Shown here piece by piece: positions 14,796 to 33,889 of a DNA stretch of 64,000 nucleotides (its first letter is position 1; every line of letters begins with the position of its first letter). Origin of the DNA: the human T2T-CHM13v2.0 reference genome, Homo sapiens; the NCBI RefSeq assembly GCF_009914755.1, contig NC_060945.1. One strand, 5' to 3'. Both the position numbers and the translations under genes were made by a program. The notes under the pieces were generated by a model. It worked only from the letters and a program-made list of their open reading frames with translations, searched no databases and was not told the DNA's origin.

Positions 14796-16747
14796 TCAGA
14801 CTTTTGCACAAGCCTCTCTTCTCACACTAATACTTATCCTAGCAGACATTACATAATCTCCATGGCATCAAGTAATGCCTATATGCCAGTGAGCTCCAAA
14901 ATATATACCAAAAACTAAAATAAATGCTCTGAGCTCTAGATCATTTAAGCCAACTAGGGTCTTATATCTCCACTTGGATATGTGATAAGCATCTTAGATT
15001 CAAAACTAAATGAATGTGATCAAAACTAACTGCATAATTTCCTCCCAATACTTCCTTCATAGATTGTATTTTTGCCTTCTCCCAAACCAGAAACCTAAGA
15101 ATCATTCTTATTTCATCCTTCTCCCTGACCCATACTGTCAGTTGTCAATTACTACAGTTTCTACCTTCTAAATTTATACCTGTTGTAACTCTCCGGCACT
15201 ACCTTTATTCAGGTTCTTGTAACTGACCAGTTGGATCATTGTCAGTCTTCACTGTCTCCATTCTTGCTCCACTCAATACATTAATTAGATTTCTAATAGA
15301 ATTATTTTCCTAAAATACAAATGTGATTATGCCACTCATATGCTATATCTTTCAATAACTCTCCACTGCTTTGAACATAAAATTCAAACCTCTTAACCTC
15401 ATACACCAGTTTTTAATCCAGCCTCTCCCATTAATTGTAGTCTTATTACTGTCCAACTCATACCCAGTACCTCGGCCACACTCAACCATTTTTCCCTAAC
15501 AAGGCATTCACTCCCTTTGCATATATGTTTCCCTCCAACTGACAAAAACTATTACCTTTCCTTGGTTACCTGAAAAATTCCTATTTATCCTTTCAGATAT
15601 CTCATATACTATCACCTATTCTCTCCACCAGAGGTTGTGTCTTACAATTCCACCTTCCAATTTGGGTTAGATTTTTTTCCAATTTTTTGTATTCTTCTTA
15701 TAATCAATTATAACAAATATAATTTTAAAATTACTGTCTCTGATATTGAACTAGGAATTCAATGAGGACAGAAATCATGTCTTATAAATCTTTCTTTCTG
15801 AGGGCCTATCACCAATGCCTTGTGATCAAGATAGAGATACATAGTTTAAATGAATGAAGAGCAAGTAGTTCAACACAGACATATTAAGAATATAGATGCA
15901 TTATAAGGACATACAAGGAAATGGCCAAATCATCAAAAGCCTTGTATGTCAGATCAGGATTTTGAAAGTCATCAGAAGATTTTAATAGGAAATGATATAA
16001 TTAAATGAACACATTTAAAAGCTCATCTTCTTGGTGAATAGACCATGGAAAGATAAAACTGGAGAAACCAAGAGGTTTTGAAATGGGATGAATAAACAAT
16101 TATGAAAGCCAAGACAATGACTGTGAGGATAAAGAGTAGGAGGAAAATATAAAAGATACTTTGAGAGTGGATAGAACTAAATGGCCAATTTGATATTTGT
16201 TAATGAGGCATTGAAAACCAAAGTCATCTCCAAGACTTCTCCCTGAGTGACTAGGAAGATGAATTATTCATTTGTAAATCATTAAACCACATTAAGCATA
16301 TGCTCTGAACCGGAAATATGCCAGATGCCAAGACCACGAGATAAACAAATAAAACACAGTCTCTGCCCTCCAAAATATAAAGGTGTAGTGGAAGAAATAA
16401 ACATATGAACATGTAAAAGAATGTAATAAATGTTATTTAAAATCTATAGGCAACATCCTGTGGGAAAACAAAAATTAGCACTTAACTCTGTTTGGGAATT
16501 AGTAGTACATAAATGTACTCTTAGTGGAATCATCTCCAAAAACTGTGAGGTACAGTCAACTGAAATAGGAAATTCAGGAAGTGGAGCAGATTTTGAGGAC
16601 AGAAGGGATACTATTTTCCATTTGAACCAGTTGAGACTGAGTGGTCTGTGGGTAATGCAGGTGACATTCGTCACAGAGTCAGGATCCAGAGTTCATGGAG
16701 AAGAGCTGGCCTAGAGACTTCTCACACCAGGATTACTACAATGGTCT

Positions 16748-17197
16748 TGTATTAGTTTCCTGTGGTTGTGGCAAATCAACACAAACTAGATGGCTTAGAA
16801 CAACCCAAACTTATTCCCTCAGTGTTCTGGAGGAATCTGAAATCAAGATGTTGTCAGGGCCATTCGCCTTCCAGAGGGTCTATAGGAGAACTCTTCCTTG
16901 CCTCTTTCAGCTTCTGGAGACTGTAGGCATTCCCTTACTTATGGCAGCACCACTCCAGTCTCTGCCTCACTGGTTACATTCCTTCCTTCTCTTCTGTCTC
17001 AAATCTCCCTCTGTCTTTCTCTTACAAGGACACTTTTCATTGAATTTTGGACCTACCCAGATAATCCAGGATGATCTCCTCATCTGAAAATCCTTACCTT
17101 AATTGTATCTATGAAGGCTCTTTTTCCAAATAAAGTAAAATTCATAAGGTTCTAGAAATGTGGACATATCATGTGGGGGCCATCATTCAACCCACTG
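16748..17197 (-). mobile_element. MLT1C-like LTR
   Basis: tgtattagtttcctg...ataatccaggatgatctc...attcaacccact. Confidence 0.75.
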
Positions 17198-17493
17198 TGG
17201 GTATCCTAACTGATTTCCCTATTTCCACCGCAGGTTGCCTCCTTCAGTCAATTCTCAATACTATAGCTAGAGGAAACCTTTTAAAGCTTAGATCAAGTTG
17301 CTTCTCTGTTCAAAACCTCCTATTAGCACCCACTGCAATTAACAGCCAAATGGTTTACCAAGTTTGAGCATATGTGGCCCCCAGTTACCTCTCTGGCATC
17401 ATCACCTCCTTCTGCCCCCATGTTCACTCCACTTCTGCCCCACCAACCTCCTTGGTGTTCCCTTAACATGACACTCCATCTAATTTACCATAT

Positions 17494-18035
17494 TGTAATG
17501 GTTAATTTTATGCCAACTTGACTAAGCTACAAGGTGCCCAGACATTTAACCAAACATTTTTCTGGTGTGCTTGTGATGGGAATTGGGAGTGAAACTGACA
17601 TTTAAATCAGTAGACTGAGTAAAGCAGATTGCCCCTCCCTAATGCAAGTGGGCACCATCCAATCAGTGGAAGGGCCGATTAGCACAAAAGGCTGACCCTC
17701 TCCTGAGTAACAGAGAATTCTTCCTGCCCAGTGACCTTCAAACTGGGACCTCAGCTTGTTACTGCATTTTTGGACTCAAACTGAAACATAGGCTCTTTCT
17801 GGGTCTAAAGCCTGTCAGCCTTTAGACTGGAACTACATCTTTGGCTGTTCTGGTTCTCAGGCCTTTGGACTCACACTGGAACTAAACCATGAGCTCTCCT
17901 GGGTCTTTAACATGCCCACTCACCCTGCAGATCTTAGGAGTTGTTAGCCTCCATAATTACATGAGCCAATTTCTTATAATAAATCTTATATATGAACATC
18001 CTGTTGGTTTTGTTTCTCTAGAGAATCCTAACACA
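17494..18035 (+). mobile_element. MLT2 LTR
   Basis: tgtaatggttaattttatg..caacttgact...tctctagagaatcct. Confidence 0.8.
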
Positions 18036-18105
18036 TGTATCTTTTATCTATTTATCTTATTTGTTGTCTGTATCCCACTAGAATGTAAACTTCGTGAAGA
18101 CTGGG

Positions 18106-20159
18106 AACTTTTTTTTTTAATTATACTTTAAGTTCTGGGATACATGTGCAGAATGAGCAGGTTTGTTACATAGGTATATATGTGCCATGGTGGTTTGCTG
18201 CACCTATCAACCCGTCATCTAGATTAGGCATTTCTCCTAATGCTATCCCTCCCCTACCCCCCCGACCCTGCAACAGGCCCTGGTGTGTGATGTTCCCCAC
18301 CCTGTGTCCATGTGTTCTCATTGTTCAACTCCCACTTATGAGTGAGAACATGCCATGTTTGGTTTTCTGTTCCTGTGTTAGTTTGCTGAGAATGATGGTT
18401 TCCAGCTTCATCCATGTCCCTGCAAAGGACATGAACTCATCCTTTTTTATGGCTGCATAGTATTCCATGGTGTATATGTGCCACATTTTCTTTATCCAGC
18501 CTATCATAGATGGGCATTTGGGTTGGTTCCAAGTCTTTGCTATTGTGAATAGTGCTGCAATAAACATACGTGGGCATGTGTCTTTATAGTAGAATGATTT
18601 ATAATCTTTGGGTATATACCCAGTAATGGGATTGCTGGGTCAAATGGAACTTCAGGTTCTAGATCCTTGAGGAATCACCACACTGTCTTCTACAATGGTT
18701 GAACTAATTTACACTCCCACCAAAAGTGTAAAAGTTTCCTATTTCTCCACATCCTCTCCAGCATCTGTTGTTTCCTGACTTTTTAATTATCGCCATTCTA
18801 ACTGGTGTGAGATGATATCTCATTGTAGTTTTGATTTGCATTTCTCTAATGACCAGTGATGATGAGCTTTTTTTCATGTTTGTTGGCTGCATAAATGTCT
18901 TCTTTTGAGGTGTCTTTTGAAGTATCTGTCCATATCCTTTGCCCACTTTTTGATGGGGTTGTTTTTTTCTTGTAAATTTGTTTAAGTTCCTTTTAGATTC
19001 TGGCTATTAGCCCTTTGTCAAATGGATACATTGCAAAAATTCTCTCCCATTCTGTAGGTTGCCTGTTCACTCTTGTAGGGTCCAGCCCTATGGGGCTTAG
19101 CGGGTGTTCTCCCCATATAGAGATTGTAATAAATAAAGACACAAGACAAAGAGATAAAGAGAAAACAGTTGGGCCCGGGGACCACTACCATCAAGACACG
19201 GAGACTGGTAATGGCCCCAACGGCTGGGCGCGCTGATATTCACTGCATACATGACAAGGGGGTAGGGTAAGGAGAGTGAATCTCCTAAGTGATTGACAAG
19301 GTGAAGCAAGTCACGTGATCACAGGACAGGGGGCCCTTCCCTCTTAAGTAGCCAAAGCAGAGAGAGAGAAGGCAGCATACGTCAGCATTTTCTTCTCTGC
19401 ACTTATAAGAAAGATCAAAGACTTTAAGACTTTGACTATTTCTTCTACCGCTATCTACTACGAACTTCAAAGAGGAACCAGGAGTATGGGAGGAACATGA
19501 AAGTGGACAAGGAGTGTGACCATTGAAGCACAGCACCACAGGGAGGGGTTTGGGCCTCTGGATGACTGTGGGCAGGTCTGGATAATATCCAGCCTTTCAC
19601 AAGAAGCTGGTGGAGCAGAGTGTTCCCTGACTCTTCCAAGGAAAGGAAACTTCCTTTCATGGTCTGCTAACTAATGGGTGTTTTTTCAGACACTGGCATT
19701 ACCGCTTGACCAAGGAGACCTCAAGAGCCCTTATGCGGGCGTGACAGAAGACTCACCTCTTGCTTTTTAGGTCACTTCTCACAATGTCCCTTCAGCACCT
19801 GACCCTATACCTATCAGTTATTCCTAGGTTATATTAGTAATGCAACAAAGCGTAATATTAAAAGCTAATGATTAATAATGTTTATAATAATGATCAATAA
19901 TTGTCTATGATCATCTCTATTTAATTTGTATTATGACTATTCTTATTCTAACTATTTTTTTATTATACTAAAACAGTTTGTGCCTTCAGTCTCTTGTCTT
20001 GGCACTTAGGTAATCCTCTGCCCACAACTCTAATGATAGTTTCTTTTGCTGTGCAGAAGCTTTTTAGTTTAATTAGATCCCATTTGTCAATTTTGGCTTT
20101 TATTGCCATTGCTTTTGATGTTTTAGTGATGAAGTCTTTGCCCATGCCTATGTCCTGAA
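18106..20159 (-). mobile_element. 5'-truncated L1PA (approx. PA6-8) inserted in L2, split by LTR13A
   Basis: Poly-T, L1PA 3'UTR and ORF2 C-terminus ([20 protein letters not shown]); TSD GA(A/G)GAC(T/A)GGGAACTTTT. Confidence 0.92.
19074..20026 (-). mobile_element. LTR13A-like solo LTR (ERVK class)
   Basis: TG..CA ends; perfect 5-bp TSD ACTCT (19069-19073, 20027-20031); reverse strand starts TGTGGGCAGAGGATTACCTAAGTGCC. Confidence 0.85.
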
Positions 20160-20728
20160 GAGGACAGGGAACTTTTGTCTGTCTTGGTCACTAGTGTATC
20201 TGTACTGCCTAAAAATACGTTTTCTGAATACATGGGATGTATTCAGAAAATCTCTTGTTGGATTAGTTCATGGAGGTGTACTCAACAAAACACTGTATTT
20301 TCCTTCCAATTTAAATAACAGAGTAAACATACTATTTCTTATTTCCAATGGATCCTGGTTCACCTAAGATATCAACGGTCTTTGGCAGAAGAGTCTTGCA
20401 TGAAAACAAATTCAAAGTACAGTAAAATGTCAAAGAAAAAGGGTAAGGTTCTGAATCATGTAGATATCAAGGAGTTAAATATCCAATGAAAAAGATAAAA
20501 GGACAGATAAGAATGTCTTCTGAAAAGAAAATGTCAAAAATAGGATGTAATTGATAAGTTTTAGATTATGCCTTTGGGATCAAATATATCAAAAAAGAAG
20601 TTAATTCAAAGCTTCTATAAATGTGTGTGCATAATTATATTTCTGGGCTTCTTTGTTCTGAATGTTTTCTGATTTACAGGCTATGATGTTTTTATTAAAA
20701 GAGAAAAAGCCATTAAATTATATCATTA

Positions 20729-21245
<517 letters not shown>

Positions 21246-21924
21246 TCAAAATAACAAATGTATAAGCAAAAAAAGTGAGTTTTTCCAGAAGAAATCCTGG
21301 ACAACCTAAAAGCATAGACATCAAAATCGGAGCCATCTATTAAACTATGAATTTGTTGGTGAGGAATTTAAAGTATCACAGGGCTCTGAGTTTAAGATGC
21401 AGTTGAGTACACTTTTATCTCTTTTATCTTTTGAGGCTCTGTTATAGCCCAGTAAACCCACAACTGAGAGAATAGGAGGCAGCTATCAGTAAATATGGGA
21501 TTTCAATGAATCTCTGGAAGACACAAAGCACAAGAAGAAATAGATATTGGTGATGCAAAACAGAGGAAGGAACAGCCTAAAATACACACAGAGGGGCTGT
21601 TCCAATGGAAAGAGCCTCCTGTCTGCCGGTAAAATTTAGAAATATTAGACTTGGTATGACAGATGGCAGAAGTGAAATACAGGGACAAAAAACAAGACAC
21701 TAAAGAAGAAACAGTCGAACTTCTTCCAAAAGCCAGATTTATCTTCCTAAAGAAGAAAGAATGAGGGAGTTCCTCTCTTTAAAAAAAAAAAAATTGAGTG
21801 ATTCTGATCAGTGGTGAATGAAAAACAATTGAGTGAACTGTCAGTTTTTGAGAACTGAAGCAGCACCTTACAGACTCCCTCTCTAGATCCTCTAAATCAA
21901 AGCATGTCTGTTGACAAGTCCCAA

Positions 21925-22396
21925 CTGGATTGTTACTTTTGTGCATCAAGGTGACTGGGCTAAGGGATGACCAGATAACCAGCAAAATACTATTTCTGGG
22001 TGTCCCTTTGGGGGTGTTTCCAGAAGAGATTAGTGTTTGAATTGGTAGACTAAGTAAAGATGCACCCTCACCAATGTGGGTAGGCATTATCCAATCCATT
22101 AAGAGTGCAGATGGAACAAAAATGCCAGAGAAAAGGCAAGTTTGCTCTTTCTCTTCTAGAGCTGGGACATTCATTTTCTCCTGCCCTCAGAAATCGGAGC
22201 TCCAGGGTCTCAGGCTTTTAGACTCTGGGATTTCACCAGAAACCCCCCAGTTTCTTAGGCCTTCAGACCCAAACTAAATTATAGTACTGACATTTCTGCC
22301 TCTCCTGCTTGCAGACAGCAGACAGTGGGATTTCTTTGGCTTCATAATCACCTGAGCCAATTCTTCTAATGTATGAATGAATGAATGAATGAATGA

Positions 22397-22444
<48 letters not shown>

Positions 22445-22487
22445 TATCTTATTGGTTCTGTTTTTTTGAGGAACTTTGACTAATACA
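21925..22487 (+). mobile_element. MLT2 LTR with (TGAA)n(CA)n(TA)n microsatellite at ~22374-22443
   Basis: gtgtttccagaagagattag..ccaatgtgggtaggcattatccaatcc..gactaataca. Confidence 0.8.
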
Positions 22488-23029
22488 CCACCCATGTTCA
22501 CAGACCTCATAGCTAGCTTTTCTATTTTCTCACTTTTAAATATGAATGGAATACCAAGGATCACCAGATATTTGTGGGGCAAAAATGATATGCTAATCCA
22601 AAACAAAAAACCTCAAGGAAACAGATAAAACACAAAAAAACAAAAAAGAACTTAGAAAAATGCTAATTAGTCCTGTCAGAGAAATTAAAATAAAATGACA
22701 ATTTACATTTTGTATGGTTCAAGGCTTAGTCAGTACTGGGGCCCTTTGAAAAATATAAAATTAGAAATATACAATTAGGTGCAAAAATAATATATAAAAA
22801 AGTCACAATTTAATTTACTGGAATCTTAGAGATTCCAGTCCCTTTTTTCTGAGATTTATTTAGCTAGAAAAGCTTTCATAGAAATGCTTCTTGATTTTAA
22901 GCTATTATTTACCTTTCTACTTAGAAGTTCTACAATTTCCAGCAACTTTTGGTACTAGAGTATGGGGCCACCTGCCTCATGGTAAATCTACTATGCCAAA
23001 AAAAAAAAAAAAAAGAAAGGATTTAGAAA

Positions 23030-24620
23030 ACAAGAATGAGATCTTTAAAAATGTAACTGCCAAAAACCATCTATCAATAAAAGTTTTAAAAGATAAAATT
23101 CGGGAAACATCTCAAAAATTCGAAGATAAAGATATCTGTCCCCCAAAAATGAGAGAGATTAGATACAAACGCCAAAAATGAGAGAGAAAATTAGATAGAA
23201 ACGGAATTAATTCAAGTAGCCATTGTCAGACCAATCAAGGTTCCAGGAGAAAAGGGTCAGAGACACCAGAGTGGAAATAATTATAAATTAAATGGAAATA
23301 ATTACAAATTAAAAGAGGAGGCTTTCCCTGAGCAGAAGGACTCAAATTTTCAGACTAAAATATCCCTCTATGAGCCAAATAGATTGATGAGTAAAGACCT
23401 ACAGCTGTATTGCATGACTTTAGAATGAAAAAGTTAAAAAGAAAATTCTAAATATTCCCAGTTAGAAAAAAAAAATACAAGGTCACATGCAATGGAACAA
23501 GGATCAGTCTAGCATCAGACTTTCATTGGCAACACTAGACACGAGACTACAATGAATCATGTCTTCAAAGTTCTAAAGGAGGAATTGGCAAATTATAGCC
23601 CATGGACCAAATCCAGCCTGTGGCCTCTTTTGAAAATGAAGATTTACTAGAATACAGCCACACTCATTCATTTACCTATTGTTTGTAGCTTCTTTTATGC
23701 TACAAAGGCTACACAGTTGAGTAGTTGCGGCAGAGATCATATGACAGGCAAAGCCTGTAACATTTACTATCTGGCTCTCTATAGAAGTCTCCTGATCCCT
23801 TCCCTGAAGGAAAATTATTCCCAACCTTTCAAATCATCCTGCAACCTTGAGGGTAAGATATATTTACAAGTTTTTAAGAACTAATAAATTAACCTATCAT
23901 GTACTCTTAGAAAGTTATTAGAGAATGGAATACACAAAAGTGAAGGCATAAAACTGAAAAGGAAAGGACATGCAATCCACCAAACAATGGCTCTAACCTT
24001 AAAAAGTGAGAAAAGTGACTGGGTGGCAACCAGACAGGGGCAACTGGTCCTTAACAGATTGGAAAGATAGAGGAGAGGTTTCCATTAAACATAAAACTTG
24101 ACAGAATAGACATTGTGATGAAGAGCTAGGGGCAGGGAAGAAACACGGCTATGGTAAAGGCAATACTGTTCAAAGACGGAACTCTATTATCCCTAATAAT
24201 TTACATTAATAATGTAAATACTTACTATTGAGTTTCAACTCATCCTATAAGCAAACATGAAAGATTTAATATAGTTGAAAAACAGAAAGTAAATGTGATC
24301 AATCATTATAGTGTAAAAGTAAATGTGCAGATAAAAGAAATCAAAAGGTGAAGAGGGGAGGAGACCTAAAGGAAAGTTCTTTTTTCTTTGTAATATATTC
24401 ATCTCACAAAGTGGGTATATAAGTAATATATAGGTCAAAAGTAATAAAGAGATACAATGGTAACCAATACAGAAATCAAAAGTGATGATAGAACCATATT
24501 GAGCAGAGGGAAAAGAGGAAGTGTGGGGTACAAGTGAGCTAAAAAGTCTAAATCTGATAACATGACAGTGACATAAACATGTTATTTATAAATATGATTG
24601 AAATGACCTGGAAAAAAGTT
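23030..24620 (+). mobile_element. HAL1 or ancient L1 ORF1-like remnant
   Basis: A-rich; atcagtctagcatcagactttc..tcttcaaagttctaaagg resembles the ORF1 C-terminal region. Confidence 0.45.
23578..23801 (+). mobile_element. MER58A (hAT-Charlie) DNA transposon
   Basis: ggcaaatta..ccaaatccagcc..acagccacactcattc..agttgagtagttgc..tttactatctggc. Confidence 0.85.
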
Positions 24621-24689
24621 TAATGTGTTTTAAATGACTGTTTTTTAAGTAACTTAAGAGGAAAAAATACATACACAGTCTTTTATATG

Positions 24690-26450
<1,761 letters not shown>

Positions 26451-26489
26451 AAACCATGTCTACCCCTTTTAAACAAAGCAAAGCATTTT

Positions 26490-27559
26490 TGACAGAGGCA
26501 GGAGGCAGACAAAGCCCTAGGCAGACAGGGGCAGGTCCCCAGTGAAACCCAGCCTTCAAACCGAAGACAGTTTAAATTCTAGCTACAAGTTCTGGATAAA
26601 TCCATGGACTGGATTGAGAACTTGTCTTCCTGTTTGGCATGCTTTCCTCTGATTGATCCCTACCCTTCACCTGTTTGCATATAACTACCCTTCCCTAATT
26701 GGTTTTTTACACTGTCTTGCCCACCTTTGAATGGTGCCTTTGTTCAACTTTTTTTGCATACTCACAAACCACTCAGCATGCACTCCCAATTCTAAGCCCA
26801 TAAAAGCCCTAGACCCAGCCATACAGAGATAGACCACCCTACTTTGGATGGGGGACCACCCTCACATCCCCTCTCCACTGAGAGCTGTTTCATCACTCAA
26901 CAAAATTCTTCTCTGCCCTCCTCACCCTTTGATTGTCAGTGTAACTTCATTCTTATTGGATGCAGGAAAAAGAACTTGGGACCCCTCTTATTGGATGCAG
27001 GTACAAAGAAGGCTGTAATGCTATGGCCCTCTGCCCTCCACAAGCAGTGATGGGGCACGATGGGAAGCAGTGGTGGGGCCAAGCCAGCCCTGGAACCCTG
27101 GGCCAGAGCAGGGTGACAGCCTGACAGCTGTTAACATGCTGCAGCCATCCAACAGGCTACGGACAGCAGGACTAAAAGAGCTAGTTAGCATGCTGTAACA
27201 CCCCCTCTGGGGATTTGGGGTCATGAGTACCCCTGCCAGGGTGCCACTGCATTCCCCTCATCTGGACAACAGAGTCCACCATAGGAGTCACTTGTGACAT
27301 ACCTGGTCCAGCCACAAGCCCCACACAGAGTCTGCTCCTGTGCTGGTACTTGGAATGGCCAGCTGGATCCCACACTGACTCACTCACACACACCCTCCCA
27401 CCAGGGGCTGAGGGTACAGTCACGGCAGCCATGGGATCTGCGCCAGAGTGCAAGCCAGGTGTGGTCCAGTGGTCTGAGTAGACGGGGTGTCTCCTGAGGC
27501 AAGCCCAGGCCCAGGAAAGGCCTGGGCAGAGGTGTCACCAGCCAGAAAATCCTGTATCA
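26490..27559 (+). mobile_element. ERV1 solo LTR (LTR27/LTR28/MER52 group)
   Basis: TGacagaggcaggaggcag..ggtccccagtgaaaccc start, cataaaagccc TATA-like element, aaatcctgtatCA end. Confidence 0.75.
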
Positions 27560-28323
27560 CTTTCACCTTATAACCAAATTAAATTCACTCCCTCTGGCAG
27601 CAAGCTGTTTGTTTTCAACATCATTCTAATGCTGGTAAAACTCTTATTCTTGCCAACTAACTTGGGGAAGAGGGAGTAGGCACGGTACCACTCAAAAAAA
27701 TAATAATAATAATAATAAAATTTAAAAAAAAAACACTCCTACTGTTCTCTTTGAAGTTCTAGCAGTTTTTTTAAGAATAAGTGTTTCTCAATTTGTTGTT
27801 TGCCTTTAGTTGATTTCCAGTGCCCAAACTCTTCACAGCTCCATAACTGGAAGTTCTTTATCCCAGAGAGATTTGAGAAAAAAATTATACCTAAAAACGC
27901 AAGAACAGACTGTTACAAAACAAACCATGCACAAAAAGCCACTTAGAAGTATTAGAAGTTATTTTTAAGTGCTTGAATAAGAAGAAATGTAAGCTTTAAT
28001 TATGAGCTAATTAGAAATTAATAAAACCAGGACAACACACATAAAAACTAATGAAATTGAGACAAAATAGTACTCAAAGAAGTATTTTAGCTTTAAGTTT
28101 ATTTATAAGAAATAGAGAAAGAAATTAGAAACTCAAGAAATTAGAAAAAAGACAATAAAATAAACTAAAATAAAATAGAAGGAAGCAAAGCATAAAGCTA
28201 AAAAAGGGAAGTAATGAAATATGGAAGAGAGAATGAATCTTAGTAAATAAATCCAAGAACTATTTATTTAGAAAAGACCAGTGAAACACACAAACTTCAA
28301 GCAAGTCCAATGAATGAAAATAT

Positions 28324-28450
28324 CACTAGAATTTAAGCTCTATAAGTGCAGATATTTTGCTTTGTTTGCCAATGTATTCCTAGCACCAAGAAAATTGTCT
28401 AGCACATATGAGTACTCTATAAATATTTGTTAAATGAAAGAATGAATGAA
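28324..28450 (+). mobile_element. L2 3' end
   Basis: cctagcacc..aaatatttgttaaatgaaagaatgaatgaa. Confidence 0.7.
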
Positions 28451-29329
28451 CAAACATTTTTAAAAAGTTTAAGGCTATGAAAACAAATATGTAAGAGAAT
28501 TCTTTAAATATTGTATATGATACTATAAATCTTATAAATACACTCCTCAGAGACTCAAAAGCAGACTTAAACAAATAAAAGCATACTAATCAGTCATGGC
28601 TGCAATAGTTCTGTGTAACAAATAACCCCAGTTCTTTAAAATAATAACCATATGTTTCATACTTGTAGGTCTGCAGGTTGGCTACAAATAAACTGTAATA
28701 TGTTTGGCCACCCCATGACCAAATTAAGTTCAACACCTCAGAGTTCCCTGACTCTGGGTTTTGGGCTCTAAGCCCCAGGCTACACGCTAAAGGTTAGGTT
28801 CAGCTCTAATTCATGTAGCTCCATGTTCACTTTGGATCAGAGACTACTCATTGCATGCTCTTCTCATGGCCGACCACAGAAGCAAAAGAGGCCAAGTCAA
28901 ATCATGCAAGCACATGACTTGTACTTTAAATGCCTTCATCCATTAACATTCCATTGTGCAAAGGAAGACACTGGGACAGGAAAATAGGCTATACCCACTC
29001 TAGGGCACTGCACAGTCATGGCAGAAAGAAGTAGTGTTAGATTGAAAATAATCCAACCAGCAACAAAATCCAGCTTTACACATAATTAAAGATATGCAAA
29101 ATAAGACCACATTGAGGTAACATCTTACTCATCCAGTTGAAAAAAATTCTAAATATATTTTGTTTTTGAGGTTGTGGGGAAACAGCCATTCTCATACATT
29201 GATAGTTGGAATGCAAACTGATACAATCCTTCTGGAAAGGAATTTGGTAATCCCATGAAAAGTTATATGTGCATTTATCCTTTGACACAGCAATTCCACA
29301 TCTAAATATCTATCCAAAAAATATATCAG

Positions 29330-29726
29330 TGTGATAGTCAGTTTTATGTATCAACTTGGCTAGGCTATAGTTCCCAGTTATTCAATCAAATGCTAATCTT
29401 GGTGTTGCTGTGAATGTACTTTGTAGTGTGATAAGTCTATCATCAGCTTACTTTTAGTAATAAAGATAATCCTAGATAATCTGGGTGGGTCTGATTTATT
29501 CAGTTCAAAGGCCCTAAAAGCAGAACTGAAGTTTCTCTGAAGAAGAAGAAATTCTACCTGTAGACTACAGCTTCAGCTTGTGCCTGGGAGTTCTAGCCTA
29601 CCCTTTCCCACGGCCAGCCCTACATGTTTCAGACCTGTCTAGCCATCCCTAACAATCACACAAACCCATTCCTTACAATAAATAGCCTGCTGCTTCTCCT
29701 TCTTGGGAGGAACCCTGACTGATACA
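29330..29726 (+). mobile_element. MLT2 LTR
   Basis: tgtgatagtcagttttatgtatcaacttggctaggc...gaaccctgactgataca. Confidence 0.8.
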
Positions 29727-29750
29727 ATTGGTAAAAATACAAAAGACGTA

Positions 29751-29821
29751 TTAGGTTGGCACAAAAAGTTGGCACATTGAAAGTAATGGGAAAAACCACA
29801 GTTACTTTTGTGCCAACCTAA
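29751..29821. mobile_element. MADE1 MITE, internally deleted
   Basis: TA|ttaggttggcacaaaa...ttttgtgccaacctaa|TA. Confidence 0.85.
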
Positions 29822-30594
29822 TAAACAAAAGTAGTCATTATAGCACTACTTGTAATTATAAAAAATTTTAAAACCACACAAATGTCCATCAATTTGGGGT
29901 CTATGATGGAAGAGTATGCAACTTTATTGAGAAATTATGACTATCTCTATCTTCTGCTAGGGGATGATATCCAAGATATACTGTAAAGTAAGAAACAAAG
30001 ATGGAGAAAAGTGTGGACAGCACACTGCCATTTATCTAAGAGAAAGAAGCAGATATATAGAGACATAGATATATACATATTTATATGCACACATACACAC
30101 ATATATGCACATATTTTTTAATTGAGGGATATAGTATAAAAATATTTTAAGGAAAACAAAGAAGAAAAAGGAGAAGACAGGAAAAGAAGGTAAAAATACC
30201 TTATTTAATAAATTTGACTTTGAAACCAGACAAATGAATTACAAAAATATAAAACAGAAATAACTCAATACCTAAAAATCAAAAGTAAATTAAACAAGTA
30301 AACTTAATTTTGCATCAAAGTAGCAGCAAACAGGAAGAAATAATTTCAAGTAACTTTAAGACAAAGTAATTGGACTGCACATCCCTGTGAACTATACTCT
30401 AAGGACAAAGAGAACTAAAAACAATTATAAAGTATTAAGCTGTTTTCAGTAATAATAGTACAGCAATAACATTGGTGCTATACATTCTGGTGTGTGTGTG
30501 CATGTGTGTGTGGTTTGAATGAAGCAAACAGTTATATTGATGCTGTTGAGGGCCAGGATATTTGGCATCAGAGAGGAGACCTGCTGGTTTAGTA

Positions 30595-30900
30595 TCAAAT
30601 ACTATATGATCTCATTTGTAGGTGGAATCTAAAAAAGTTAAACTCATAGAAATGGAGAGCAGAATAATAGTTGCCAGCGTCTGGTGGCGGTAGGGAAAAT
30701 GAGGAGATGTTGTTCAAAGGGTGCAAATATTCAGTTATAAAATAAACAAGTTCTGGGGATCTAATGTACAGCATGGGTGGTGATGGGTGTGTTAATTAAT
30801 TTTATTGTGATAATCATTACACAATATACACACAAATCATTACATGGTACACCTTGAATATATACAATCTTTGTCAATTAAATATTTTTAAATAAAAAAG
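30595..30900 (+). mobile_element. L1MA/MB 3' end
   Basis: aaatactatatgatctcatttgtaggtggaatctaaaaaag..ggggatctaatgtacagcatg, then an A-rich tail. Confidence 0.75.
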
Positions 30901-30992
30901 AAATTGATTTTAAAAAGAAAAATAAAGCTAATATCATGTGGTTCTAAATCTGAGTTAGAAATGTTCATGAGAGGTGAGTTAATAAGGATTAA

Positions 30993-33768
<2,776 letters not shown>

Positions 33769-33889
33769 ACTTGTCCAAGAATGGCTACCTGCAGGAGGAA
33801 GAAGCTGGCATCTGCAAGGCTCTACGAAAACAGATTACAACTCAGTTACTTGAGGCAATCAATACTGTCCAATACTGTCAAGATTTGGA

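Noticed and set aside
22715-22998. Possible hAT-type DNA transposon remnant (GGGGCCC..GGTAAATC motifs)
   Set aside because: Only vague similarity; I cannot assign family or ends by eye
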